A DNA stretch of 64,000 nt from Bacteroidales bacterium (lineage in GTDB: Bacteria > Bacteroidota > Bacteroidia > Bacteroidales > UBA932): assembly GCA_017617035.1 (NCBI GenBank), contig JAFZWV010000009.1, forward strand, positions 21,374 to 85,373. The letters are read 5' to 3'. The notes beneath the pieces are model-generated. The model ran no database searches. It was not told the origin of the DNA and saw nothing but the letters and a program-made list of their open reading frames with translations. Made by a program: the position numbers and the translations under genes. This document shows, one piece after another, positions 37,922 to 54,676 of the stretch (its first letter is position 1; each line of letters begins with the position of its first letter).

Positions 37922-39327
37922 CGGCAGTAGACCTGGGAGCGTCGAAGATTTCGCTCACAGTTTGCAACGTCGTGGACGGCGTTGCCCAGGTCCTCCATTA
38001 CCGCGAGGCGGAGTCCAGGGGAATCCGGCGCGGTACTATCTTCAACCCCAAGCAGGTATGCGAGCCCCTCGGCAGGCTCATCCGCGAGGCCGAGGAAGCG
38101 CTCGACATCAACATCCACGAAGTGGTGACCGCTTACCCGCGCTGGAAAGTATCGACCGACTCGGTCGATGAAAGCTGCCAGCGCAGCGAGCCCGAGAGCT
38201 TCATCTCCGAGGAAGAGGTGACCGCCCTCAAGGACAGCGCCCTCACCAAGTTCAGCGCCCACATCAAATCCGGCACCGAGATCTACGGCGCGGTAGCCCA
38301 GTCGTACTCGACCGAGGACCTCTTCCAGGCCGCCGAAGCCGATGTGATCGGTGTAACCGGAAGCAAGTTCGAGGGCATGTACAAGGTGTTCACCGGCGCC
38401 CAGAAGCCCGTAGCCAATATCGACAAGGTGATGAACGAGCTGGGTATCGCTTCGTACAAGTTCTTCGTCGCCGAAGCGGTCGCCGAGACCGTTTTGACCA
38501 GCGATGAGAAAGAGCATGGCGTCGCGCTGGTAGAGATAGGTGCCGGAGTGACTTCCGTCAGCGTGTACCATCGCGGAGTTCTGCGCTTCTTCGATTCGTT
38601 CCCGTTCGGAGGCAACTCAGTGACGAGCGACATCCACCTCGAGTGCGGTATCCAGGAGACTCTTGCCGAAAACATCAAGCTCGGGTTCGGTTCCTGCATG
38701 CCGGACCGCCTGCAGTCGCTCGGCGAGAAGATAATCCAGATCCACGACAAGCGCACTGGCGAAACCCAGCAGCTTCCCGTTAAATATCTGGCCGAAATAA
38801 TTGGCAGCCGCATGAGGGAGATCCTGAACTCTGCGCTGTTCCTTATCGGAAAGAGCGGCTATGCCGACAGCCTGCGCGGCGGAATCGTCCTTACGGGCGG
38901 CGGCGCCGAGCTTCTGAGCGCGAGCGCCCTGATGACCGAGCTGTCGGGCCTGCCTGCCCGCGTGGGGTTCCCCCACGTCACGGGCATCAGCACCGACGGT
39001 TGCCCGGAAATCTGCTCGCTCGCGGGAGTTTCTCAGCTTGCGATGATCGCTCTTTGTCGCGATCGAGAGTATATCAACTGCGCGATTCTGAAGGAACTCG
39101 ACGTTCAGCCTGAAGAGCCGGTTGCCGAACCGGAACCGGAGCCTACTGATACGGTCTTTGAACCGGAGCCGGAACAGCCCGAACAGCCTTCGAAACCTGC
39201 TCAGCCCTCAAGCCCGAAGAAAGAGCGTAAGCCCGGCTTGTTCAGAAGGCTTACCGACGGACTTACCGAGGTTACCGGCAATCTTTTCGATGAGAATATT
39301 GATAAAGTAAAAGAGGAGGACAAGTAA
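37903..39327 (+). CDS. ftsA: Cell division protein FtsA
   Basis: VDLGASK, EIGAGVT, AENIK, GIVLTGGGA; Pro/Glu linker and amphipathic tail. Confidence 0.92.
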   Translation: MQERFIAAVDLGASKISLTVCNVVDGVAQVLHYREAESRGIRRGTIFNPKQVCEPLGRLIREAEEALDINIHEVVTAYPRWKVSTDSVDESCQRSEPESFISEEEVTALKDSALTKFSAHIKSGTEIYGAVAQSYSTEDLFQAAEADVIGVTGSKFEGMYKVFTGAQKPVANIDKVMNELGIASYKFFVAEAVAETVLTSDEKEHGVALVEIGAGVTSVSVYHRGVLRFFDSFPFGGNSVTSDIHLECGIQETLAENIKLGFGSCMPDRLQSLGEKIIQIHDKRTGETQQLPVKYLAEIIGSRMREILNSALFLIGKSGYADSLRGGIVLTGGGAELLSASALMTELSGLPARVGFPHVTGISTDGCPEICSLAGVSQLAMIALCRDREYINCAILKELDVQPEEPVAEPEPEPTDTVFEPEPEQPEQPSKPAQPSSPKKERKPGLFRRLTDGLTEVTGNLFDENIDKVKEEDK

Positions 39328-39328
39328 A

Positions 39329-40558
39329 ATGCCTGAAGATAATATCATCATTGCCCCCAAGGACTGGCCTACGGCCGACAGCATTATAAAGGTGCTCGGA
39401 GTGGGCGGCGGCGGTTGCAACGCAGTCGATTATATGTACAACAGGCAGATCCAGGGCTGCAGCTTCGTCGTGTGCAATACCGACGCCCAGGCCCTCGGCC
39501 GCTGCAGTGTTCCCCTCAAAATCCAGCTCGGCCTCGGGCTCGGCGCCGGCACCAACCCTACCAAGGGACGCAATGCCGCCCTCGAGAGCCAGGACGAGAT
39601 AGCCCAGAAGATACTCGACCCGAATACGAAGATGCTCTTCATCACCGCCGGAATGGGCGGTGGCACGGGCACAGGCGCGACCCCGGTCATCGCGAAGATG
39701 GCGAAGGACCAGGGCATCCTGACCGTTGGTGTGGTCACTCTCCCCTTCCGCAACGAGGGTCGCGAGGTGCTTGCCCGCGCCATCGACGGTATCCATGAGC
39801 TCGAGAAGAACGTCGACAGCCTTATTATCATCAATAACGAGAAACTGTATCAGTACTTCGGCGACGAGCTCATCCAGGACGCTTTCCCCAAGGCAGACGA
39901 GGTTCTCGCTACCGCAGTGCGCAGCATTATCGAGATCATCAAGAAGCCCGGCTACATCAACGTCGACTTCGAAGATGTCCAGACCATGATGCGCGGAAGC
40001 GGCATGGCCCTTATGGGCTGCGGCACCGGCAGCGGTCCCGACAGGATCAACCAGGCTGTCAAGGAAGCATTCGAATCCCCGCTACTTAACGACTATGACT
40101 TGAAGACCGCGAAAAACGTTTTGGTAAACATCACTGCCGGAAAGAACGAGCAGGGTCTTAAGATGAACCAGCTCGACGAAATCAACAAGAAGATTGCTGA
40201 GTACACCGGCGGAGGAAACAACTTCAAGCATGGTCTTATCTGGGACGAGGATCCCTCTATCGGAGATACCATCCACATCACTGCGATTGCGACCGGTTTC
40301 AAGCTGGGAGCCATCCTCGGACCGGACATTGACCTCGGCAGCATTATCGCCATCGACAGCGACTATGTCTACGACAAGTCGTCCGGCGCGAAGGGCGAGG
40401 CCCAGGACGTCGTCGACAACAGGCGTGTCGGATTCAGCACTACAGTTAAACCCAAGTTCGACTTCAATCCCGAGGTCGTGCCCGCTCTTATTACCGAGAA
40501 CGAGCAGGCTATCAGGGATCTTGAGGAGAAGGCGGCTATCAGGAGGATACAGCAATGA
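39329..40558 (+). CDS. ftsZ: Cell division protein FtsZ
   Basis: GVGGGGCNA, NTDAQAL, GMGGGTGTG and INVDFEDV. Confidence 0.96.
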   Translation: MPEDNIIIAPKDWPTADSIIKVLGVGGGGCNAVDYMYNRQIQGCSFVVCNTDAQALGRCSVPLKIQLGLGLGAGTNPTKGRNAALESQDEIAQKILDPNTKMLFITAGMGGGTGTGATPVIAKMAKDQGILTVGVVTLPFRNEGREVLARAIDGIHELEKNVDSLIIINNEKLYQYFGDELIQDAFPKADEVLATAVRSIIEIIKKPGYINVDFEDVQTMMRGSGMALMGCGTGSGPDRINQAVKEAFESPLLNDYDLKTAKNVLVNITAGKNEQGLKMNQLDEINKKIAEYTGGGNNFKHGLIWDEDPSIGDTIHITAIATGFKLGAILGPDIDLGSIIAIDSDYVYDKSSGAKGEAQDVVDNRRVGFSTTVKPKFDFNPEVVPALITENEQAIRDLEEKAAIRRIQQ

Positions 40559-42060
40559 AAAGGACAAGAGTAAGATTCGCTCCTTCCCCTACCGGTCCGC
40601 TCCATATGGGCGGAGTTCGTACGGCATTATATAACTATTTGTATGCTAAACAGCATGGTGGAGACTTTATTCTTCGTATTGAGGACACCGACTCGCAGAG
40701 GTTTGTCCCCGGTGCAGAAGAGTATATCATCGAGGCCCTGAACTGGTGCGGAATAGTGCCGGACGAGGGTGTTGCAGATGGTAAGATTGTTTCCGAGAAG
40801 TCTTCACGTCATCCACATGCGCCGTACAGGCAGTCTGAGCGCAGGGCCATCTATCGTGCATACGCAGAGGAACTGGTCTCCAAGGGCTGGGCTTACTATG
40901 CCTTCGATTCTTCCGAGGAGCTTGCGGCTCGTCGTGCTGAGGCAGAGGCTAAGGGACAGACTTTCATTTATAATTATGAGACGCGCGTCGGGCTGCGGAA
41001 TTCGCTGACTTTGCCGTCTGATGAAGTTGCCCGCTTGCTCGCTGAGACTTCCGACTGGACCGTGCGCTTCAAGATGCCGTGCGACCGTGTCGTAGAGATG
41101 GACGACCTTATCCGTGGCCATGTCGAAGTCAATACCGCGACCCTCGACGACAAGGTGCTTTGGAAGAAGGCCGACGAACTGCCGACTTATCACCTGGCCA
41201 ACATCGTCGACGACCACCTGATGGAGATCACCGAGGTCATCCGCGGCGAGGAGTGGCTGCCGTCATTGCCTCTGCATTATCTGCTATATGAGGCTTTCGG
41301 CTGGGAGAGGCCACAGTTTGCACATCTGCCGCTGCTGCTGAAGCCCGTCGGCAATGGTAAGTTGTCGAAGCGCGACGGCGACAAGATGGGATTCCCCGTG
41401 TTCCCGTTGAACTGGGTGAATTCCGACGGCGAGACCTATCGCGGATACCGTGAAGACGGGTATTTCCCGGAGGCTTTTGTTAATCTTTTAGCATTTTTGG
41501 GCTGGAACCCTGGCGATGAGAGGGAGATTCTTTCCATGTCCGAGCTGATTGAGGCGTTCTCGCTGGAGCATGTCAGCAAGAGCGGAGCGAAGTTCAACCC
41601 GGAGAAGGCGAAGTGGTACAATAAGGAGTATCTTAGGATGAAGTCGGATGAGGAGTTGGCTTCGCTGTATGAACCTATTTTGGCAGCACATGGGGTTTCT
41701 GCTGCTCACGATTATGTAGTTAAGGTAGTCAGCGTCATTAAGGACCGTGCGACATTCGTTGCGGATCTTTGGACTGCGGCGCCTTATCTGTTCGTTGCTC
41801 CGACTGAATATGTCGAGAAGGATCTTGCGAAGTTCGGTCAGCGCGAATTCTACGATATGGCTTTGGAGGCCATTGAGTCCGGACGTGATCTCGAGGAGTT
41901 TATTAGGGAGCGCGAATGGCCCATGGGTAAGGTAATGAACTGCATCAGGCTTGCCCTGACCGGTTCCGGCTCCGGCCTCGGAATCCATGAAATTATCTCA
42001 TGCATCGGGATAGATGAAGCAGTTCGCCGCGTCCGGGCGCTCGGAGCACTTATTAATTGA
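40555..42060 (+). CDS. gltX: Glutamate-tRNA ligase
   Basis: RFAPSPTG, HMGG (HIGH) and KLSKR (KMSKS) motifs. Confidence 0.96.
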   Translation: MKRTRVRFAPSPTGPLHMGGVRTALYNYLYAKQHGGDFILRIEDTDSQRFVPGAEEYIIEALNWCGIVPDEGVADGKIVSEKSSRHPHAPYRQSERRAIYRAYAEELVSKGWAYYAFDSSEELAARRAEAEAKGQTFIYNYETRVGLRNSLTLPSDEVARLLAETSDWTVRFKMPCDRVVEMDDLIRGHVEVNTATLDDKVLWKKADELPTYHLANIVDDHLMEITEVIRGEEWLPSLPLHYLLYEAFGWERPQFAHLPLLLKPVGNGKLSKRDGDKMGFPVFPLNWVNSDGETYRGYREDGYFPEAFVNLLAFLGWNPGDEREILSMSELIEAFSLEHVSKSGAKFNPEKAKWYNKEYLRMKSDEELASLYEPILAAHGVSAAHDYVVKVVSVIKDRATFVADLWTAAPYLFVAPTEYVEKDLAKFGQREFYDMALEAIESGRDLEEFIREREWPMGKVMNCIRLALTGSGSGLGIHEIISCIGIDEAVRRVRALGALIN

Positions 42061-42193
42061 TCATTTTTGGACTTCTCCCCCCCTTTTCGGAGGGGAGAAG
42101 TCCAAAAACGCAACGAGCGGAATTACAATTTGTAAGTTGCCGAGAAAAAATTTCGACTTCTCCCCGTAAAACAGGGGGGAGAAGTCCAAAAAA
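42061..42193. repeat. Family B hairpin doublet, inverted homologue of 9635-9765
   Basis: Two GACTTCTCCCC-N10/11-GGGGAGAAGTCC hairpins with a related linker. Confidence 0.9.
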
Positions 42194-42204
42194 ATATAAA
42201 CATT

Positions 42205-42636
42205 ATGAAAATTGGTATTTGCAGCGACCACGCTGGGGTCGAGTACAAGGCTAAATTGATCAAGTACCTGCAGGGTCGCGGAATTGAAGTCGTCAATTTC
42301 GGAACAGACTCTACCGAGAGCATGGACTATACCGACGTAGCTCATCCGCTGGCATCGGCTGTCGAGAACGGATCCGTGGATCTTGGCATTGCGCTTTGCG
42401 GAACCGGTAACGGAATGGCCATCACCCTGAACAAGCATCAGGGAGTGCGCGCCGGACTGGCATGGGGCACGGCGATCGGTAAGCTGGTCAAGCAGCACAA
42501 CAATGCGAACGTGCTGGTAATGCCGGCGCGCTTCATTTCTTATAGGATGTGCGTTGCTATAGTACGCGCTTGGCTCGACACTCCGTTTGAGGGCGGCCGT
42601 CACCAGAGGCGTATCGACAAAATTCCAGTGCGTTGA
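42205..42636 (+). CDS. rpiB: Ribose 5-phosphate isomerase B
   Basis: SDHAG, CGTGNG, HNNANVL and FEGGRHQRR. Confidence 0.93.
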   Translation: MKIGICSDHAGVEYKAKLIKYLQGRGIEVVNFGTDSTESMDYTDVAHPLASAVENGSVDLGIALCGTGNGMAITLNKHQGVRAGLAWGTAIGKLVKQHNNANVLVMPARFISYRMCVAIVRAWLDTPFEGGRHQRRIDKIPVR

Positions 42637-43502
42637 GTTTCACACGCGACATAGAAGATTATCCCGACGGGATCGTTCTTCCTATCGATAAGCCGTATCG
42701 CTGGACTTCGGCGGATGTTATCCGTAAGATCAAGTATGCGGCGATAAGGCATTTTGGGAAGAAGATTCTGAAAGTCGGACACGCCGGCACATTGGATCCG
42801 CTTGCGACGGGGCTGCTGCTGGTGTGTATCGGCCCGGCCACGCGGCGGGCCGAGGAGCTTCAGCGCTCCCGCAAGCGGTACCTGGCCGGCGTGTCCTTCG
42901 GCGCGACGACCCCCTCTTATGATCTGGAGAAACCCATAGACCGCGAATATCCTCTCGACGGTGTCAGCGAAGAATCCGTTCGCGCAATACTACCTTCATT
43001 CTTAGGAGAACAGGAGCAGATCGCTCCCCTGTTCAGCGCAAAATCAGTAGACGGAAAACGAGTCTACGAGACTGCGCGCAAATTATATAAGCAAGGTCTT
43101 CCCGTAGAAGCCGAAGGCATACTTCAGGCAAATAGCATCACCATTTACGATATTAAACTCGTTGGCTTTGGTAATAATCAGTACGAGATTTCTCCATGCG
43201 CTTCGCTTAGTCGAAATGACACACCTTTTGTCATTTCGAGCGAGTGCAACGAGTCGAGAAATCTCTTTATCGATGACGGTAAAGGGCGAATCCGAGTGGC
43301 GGATATCAGCGGATATCAGCTTCCGACAGCTATGATTGATGTCGAATGCTCAAAGGGCACTTATATCCGCGCCCTGGCCCGCGACCTCGGAGAGGCGCTG
43401 GGCTCCGGCGCCTTCCTTTCTTCTTTAAGGCGCACCTTCAACGGCGGTTTCACCATCGACCAGGCCCTCACCCTCGACCAAGCTCTCGAACTTTTGGATT
43501 AA
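42633..43502 (+). CDS. truB: tRNA pseudouridine(55) synthase TruB
   Basis: IDKP, KVGHAGTLDPLATG, CSKGTYIR and LRRT; TTG start overlaps the rpiB TGA. Confidence 0.93.
   Translation: MSFTRDIEDYPDGIVLPIDKPYRWTSADVIRKIKYAAIRHFGKKILKVGHAGTLDPLATGLLLVCIGPATRRAEELQRSRKRYLAGVSFGATTPSYDLEKPIDREYPLDGVSEESVRAILPSFLGEQEQIAPLFSAKSVDGKRVYETARKLYKQGLPVEAEGILQANSITIYDIKLVGFGNNQYEISPCASLSRNDTPFVISSECNESRNLFIDDGKGRIRVADISGYQLPTAMIDVECSKGTYIRALARDLGEALGSGAFLSSLRRTFNGGFTIDQALTLDQALELLD
43185..43265. repeat. Family A inverted doublet inserted in frame in truB (81 bp, 27 codons)
   Basis: GAGATTTCTCCATGCGCTTCGCTTAGTCGAAATGACA-CACCTTT-TGTCATTTCGAGCGAGTGCAACGAGTCGAGAAATCTC. Confidence 0.88.
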
Positions 43503-43503
43503 C

Positions 43504-45759
43504 CTATTTGCAGCGGAATTCGAAGGTTCCGGCGCCGACAAGATCGGGATGCGCGATGCGGAAGGATTTCTGCGAGCGCTTTCCGAGTCTCATTGTAGAA
43601 ATATACCCTTTACCCTTCTTAGTGATTACCAGCTGGTCGCGGCCCGCGCAAAGCGCCGGGTCGAGTTTGATGGTAATCTTATCAAATGAAGGTGCAGTAA
43701 GAGTATACGACGGTTCGCCGGGACAGTCGGGATAGAAACCCATCATCGAGAATACCGCCCAGGCGGACATGGTTCCGCAATCATCGTTTCCGGGAATGCC
43801 GTCTGGCTCGGTGGAATAGATCTCCTTCAAAATCTTTGCGACCTGTTTCTGCGTTCTCCATTCCTGGCCCTTGAAGTAACTGAACAGATATGGATATGCG
43901 ATATCCGGTTCATTGGCCGGATCGTACAGACCTTTATCAAATACATTCTGCAACTTCGCTACGAACCTTCCGTCGCCGCCCATCAGTTCCGCCAGACCCT
44001 TCACATCGTGGGGCACATAGAAAGTATAATTCCATGCTGAACCTTCGTGGAAACCGGGAGCATTGGAAAAATCTGCTCCATCAGCAGGGTCAAATGGTGT
44101 GAGGAACGATCCATCCTTTTCAAGGGGACGGAGAGTTCCGCTAGTTCTGCTGTAGTATGATTTGTAGCGGAGAGCGCGCTCGCGGAAGAGGCGGGCGTTG
44201 TCGGCGTAGCCGAGGTCCTCGCTCAGCAGCGCGAGCGCGTAATCGGCGATGTAATACTCCAAAGCATGCGACACCGAATTGTCGCCCGAATTATCGCCCG
44301 CGTAGAATCCCAGCGGGATATAGCCCTTCTCAATATAAGGGTCGATGTCCGGTCGCATGAGGTTGTCGGCGCCGGGGGTAGTGGCGGACTTGATCATGGC
44401 CTCGTATGCGGCGGCGATATCGAACTCGCGCAGGCCCTTGAGCCATGTGTCCGTGATGACAGGGATGGCGGGGTCGCCCTCCATGGTAAAGGTCTCGCGC
44501 CCGAACAGTTCCCATTTCGGCAGCCAACCTGATTCTTTGTAGCATGAGACCATGGACCGGACCATGTCTATCTGCTTCTCAGGGTAGACCAGCGTCATGA
44601 GCTGATGGAGGTTGCGATAGGTGTCCCAGAGCGAGAAGACGGTGTAGCGGAGGTGGCCCGCTTCGACATGGCCAATGCCGTCGGACTCCATCATCGGGTA
44701 CTCGCCGTTCGCGTCGCTCAGCACGGAAGGGTGGATGAGGGTGTGGTAGAGGGCGGTATAGAAGACCTGACGGTCGCGCTCGCTGCCACCTTCGACCTTG
44801 ATGCGGCCAAGATGGTCCTCCCACGTCTGAGCCGCGTCCGCTTTTATCTCGTCGAAGCCCTTGCCAGCCTGCTCGAGTTCGAGGTTCTCGCGGGCGTTTG
44901 CGGCGCTGACGAAGGAGATGCCAACCCGGACGGTGATCTGCTCGCCTTCGGCCAGCTCGTCGAAACTGAACCAGTAGCCAAGGTCGTCGCCGCCCATCTC
45001 GCGGCCGTATTTAGTGTAGATTTTATACTTCCCGCTGTCGGGAGTCCACTCCGCCTCGACGCCCTTCATCTCGCGCTGTTTCTTCCAAAAACCCTGGCTG
45101 GAAGGGGTGCGGTCGACTTTTAGATAGAAGTAGATCGGGAAAACCGCTTGGGGGTTGTAGCAGAAGGTGCCCTGGAGACGGCAACCCTCGATTTCTGTCG
45201 CGCTGATTTTACGGACCCAGGCGCCGGTTTCGTTGGAAAGGCCTTCGCCTAGGTTTATCAATATATTGGCCTGTTCGGTTGAATTGTAAGTAAAGCGCTC
45301 GATTGCACTGCGCAGGGTTGCGGAGGCCTCGCCCTTGATGCCGTATTTGTCGAGAGTCGCAGTGTAGTAGCCGGGGTGGGCTTCTTCTGCGGAGTATTTA
45401 CTACCATAATTGTGATAGTCTACGTCGAGATCTCCTGTCGTAGGCATCACCAGAATCGATCCGACCTCAGGGCAGCCGACTCCGCTGAGATTGACGTGCG
45501 AAAAACCGGTGAAGAAGCAATTGTCGCGGGTATAGGGTGTTGACCACCAGCGGCTGTCTTTGTCGTATTTATTGTCCTCAGACCCCATCACATTGAAGGG
45601 TGATACGCTCACCATTCCGTTCGGGCATACAGCTCCGGGATTTGTCGCACCGAAATTGGTGGTGCCGACAAAAGGATTGACGTATGAAGTCAGAGGCTCG
45701 GCGCTTGCCGCAAAGCTCAGCGCCAGATATGCTGCAAAGAGTGTTATTAATCGCTTCAT
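43504..45759 (-). CDS. GH92 alpha-mannosidase
   Basis: YVNPFVGT, LSGVGC, FSLWDTYR, HEGSAWNY, NEPD and GNDDCGTMSAW; signal peptide. Confidence 0.92.
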   Translation of the reverse strand: MKRLITLFAAYLALSFAASAEPLTSYVNPFVGTTNFGATNPGAVCPNGMVSVSPFNVMGSEDNKYDKDSRWWSTPYTRDNCFFTGFSHVNLSGVGCPEVGSILVMPTTGDLDVDYHNYGSKYSAEEAHPGYYTATLDKYGIKGEASATLRSAIERFTYNSTEQANILINLGEGLSNETGAWVRKISATEIEGCRLQGTFCYNPQAVFPIYFYLKVDRTPSSQGFWKKQREMKGVEAEWTPDSGKYKIYTKYGREMGGDDLGYWFSFDELAEGEQITVRVGISFVSAANARENLELEQAGKGFDEIKADAAQTWEDHLGRIKVEGGSERDRQVFYTALYHTLIHPSVLSDANGEYPMMESDGIGHVEAGHLRYTVFSLWDTYRNLHQLMTLVYPEKQIDMVRSMVSCYKESGWLPKWELFGRETFTMEGDPAIPVITDTWLKGLREFDIAAAYEAMIKSATTPGADNLMRPDIDPYIEKGYIPLGFYAGDNSGDNSVSHALEYYIADYALALLSEDLGYADNARLFRERALRYKSYYSRTSGTLRPLEKDGSFLTPFDPADGADFSNAPGFHEGSAWNYTFYVPHDVKGLAELMGGDGRFVAKLQNVFDKGLYDPANEPDIAYPYLFSYFKGQEWRTQKQVAKILKEIYSTEPDGIPGNDDCGTMSAWAVFSMMGFYPDCPGEPSYTLTAPSFDKITIKLDPALCAGRDQLVITKKGKGYISTMRLGKRSQKSFRIAHPDLVGAGTFEFRCK

Positions 45760-45764
45760 GAGGT

Positions 45765-45772
45765 CAAATTTA
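45765..45772 (-). promoter_or_regulatory. -7 box for the GH92 gene
   Basis: TAAATTTG on minus, 5 nt before the ATG at 45759. Confidence 0.6.
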
Positions 45773-45849
45773 GCGAAAAACCCACGGCCTTGCAAATCGG
45801 ACAGATTTAAGTGACTGTGATGTCAATTGGGTGGGTCGGGAAAAAGTGT

Positions 45850-45857
45850 TATATTTG
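45850..45857 (+). promoter_or_regulatory. -7 box for the GH3 operon
   Basis: TATATTTG 3 nt before the ATG at 45861. Confidence 0.6.
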
Positions 45858-45860
45858 GAT

Positions 45861-53308
<7,448 letters not shown>

Positions 53309-53311
53309 CCT

Positions 53312-54676
53312 CTATAATTTGTGGAGCTCAGTGTCGAGCCAGGCGACGCGGTCGGTGAAGAATTCTTTCAGATAAGCGACTTCTTCGTCGTAGGTACTAT
53401 AGACATTGAGGTTGGGCCAAACGTAGGTGCCCATAATCTGCCATTTGTTGAAGTTGGCGTCGTAGGATGCACGGTTCAGTTCAACATAATGGTCTATCAT
53501 GTCCGGAATCGAATCCAACCCGGGCTTGATGGAATCCCATTTGTCCTGAACGGCTTTTACGAAAACCGGATCCAGGAATAGTCTGGGATACCAGCTGTCC
53601 GTCTTCTTCTTGCGACCCATAATCTTGATGAGCCAGCCCTCAGGACCATTGGTCACACCGTTCTGGTGCTGGGAATCTATGTAATTGCAGTTGCCGAGAG
53701 CGATATCAAAGTCCCAGACATGGGCAAGAACCAGTTTCCCTCCAACTGTCTTTGAGAAGAAGATGCTCTTGCGGAAATTGCCGTCGACATTCTTGCAGAT
53801 TTCCTGAACTATGTAGTTGCCGACAAAGGAATCCAGATCTATCAGGTCTTCCCATCCCCCGCCGGGATTCGCATACAGGGCATCTTCAATCTGCTGTACG
53901 TAAGCTTTGAAGTCGGATATCTGCTGAGCGGTAGGCTCTTCCGGATCTTTAAACATGAACGGAATCAGCCACCTCTCAGAAGAAAAGCAGACCTTCTCAT
54001 CCTGAGTTGTATCAACCTCCAGATAAAGGTCTCCCTTCTCAACGTCAATATCAACCTTTTCCTTCGCAACCTCTTTATGCTGGCAAAGGACATAACTGCC
54101 CTGATACGTTCCGTTCAGGTACAGCTCAACGGTACGCATATGCGGAGTCCACGGCAACCCGCAAAGACGTGAGATCTCCATCGCGACTATATTGCGAAGA
54201 AGCGTCTTATCCGAGTAATTCGCGAGCAATACCCAGTCTTTGTTGCCCTTCATGCCGAGAAGCTTTGTATGGTCGTCGAGTTTAAGCCTGTAAGGCTTCT
54301 TCGGCATATCCCAGGTTGTGTTTCCACGACCGCGTATACGCATCTTACCCTCAAACAGAGTGGAATCAGAATACATATGGTCAGGATCCTCCACCCGAAT
54401 TGTCGCATCTACCCAGTTGACCTTATCGGAGATAGCCTTGGACGCCTGAATCCTTACAGTCGGGAAATGCTCGACCTTCTTCCACGACAGGTCCTCCCTC
54501 TCGTCTTTCTTAGGCTTCTCGGGCTCAGGAGGCACCACCGGACTAAGGGTATCCGGCGGAGTTACCTCTTCCTGCTCCTTCCCATCCGGGGTAATAACGC
54601 TCACCTCCTTCCCGCAGCAAACCGCGAGAAGGAGTACGAGCGCAAAAGCCGATAGATATTTTACTGCTTTATCCAA
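53312..54676 (-). CDS. CotH kinase family lipoprotein
   Basis: RGRGNTTW, KKPYRLK, DWVLLAN, NVDG and WDFDIALGN. Confidence 0.85.
   Translation of the reverse strand: MDKAVKYLSAFALVLLLAVCCGKEVSVITPDGKEQEEVTPPDTLSPVVPPEPEKPKKDEREDLSWKKVEHFPTVRIQASKAISDKVNWVDATIRVEDPDHMYSDSTLFEGKMRIRGRGNTTWDMPKKPYRLKLDDHTKLLGMKGNKDWVLLANYSDKTLLRNIVAMEISRLCGLPWTPHMRTVELYLNGTYQGSYVLCQHKEVAKEKVDIDVEKGDLYLEVDTTQDEKVCFSSERWLIPFMFKDPEEPTAQQISDFKAYVQQIEDALYANPGGGWEDLIDLDSFVGNYIVQEICKNVDGNFRKSIFFSKTVGGKLVLAHVWDFDIALGNCNYIDSQHQNGVTNGPEGWLIKIMGRKKKTDSWYPRLFLDPVFVKAVQDKWDSIKPGLDSIPDMIDHYVELNRASYDANFNKWQIMGTYVWPNLNVYSTYDEEVAYLKEFFTDRVAWLDTELHKL

Noticed and set aside
39100-39225. Pro/Glu repeats (EPEPEP, PEQPEQP) in ftsA
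   Set aside because: Ordinary low-complexity linker before the membrane-targeting helix.
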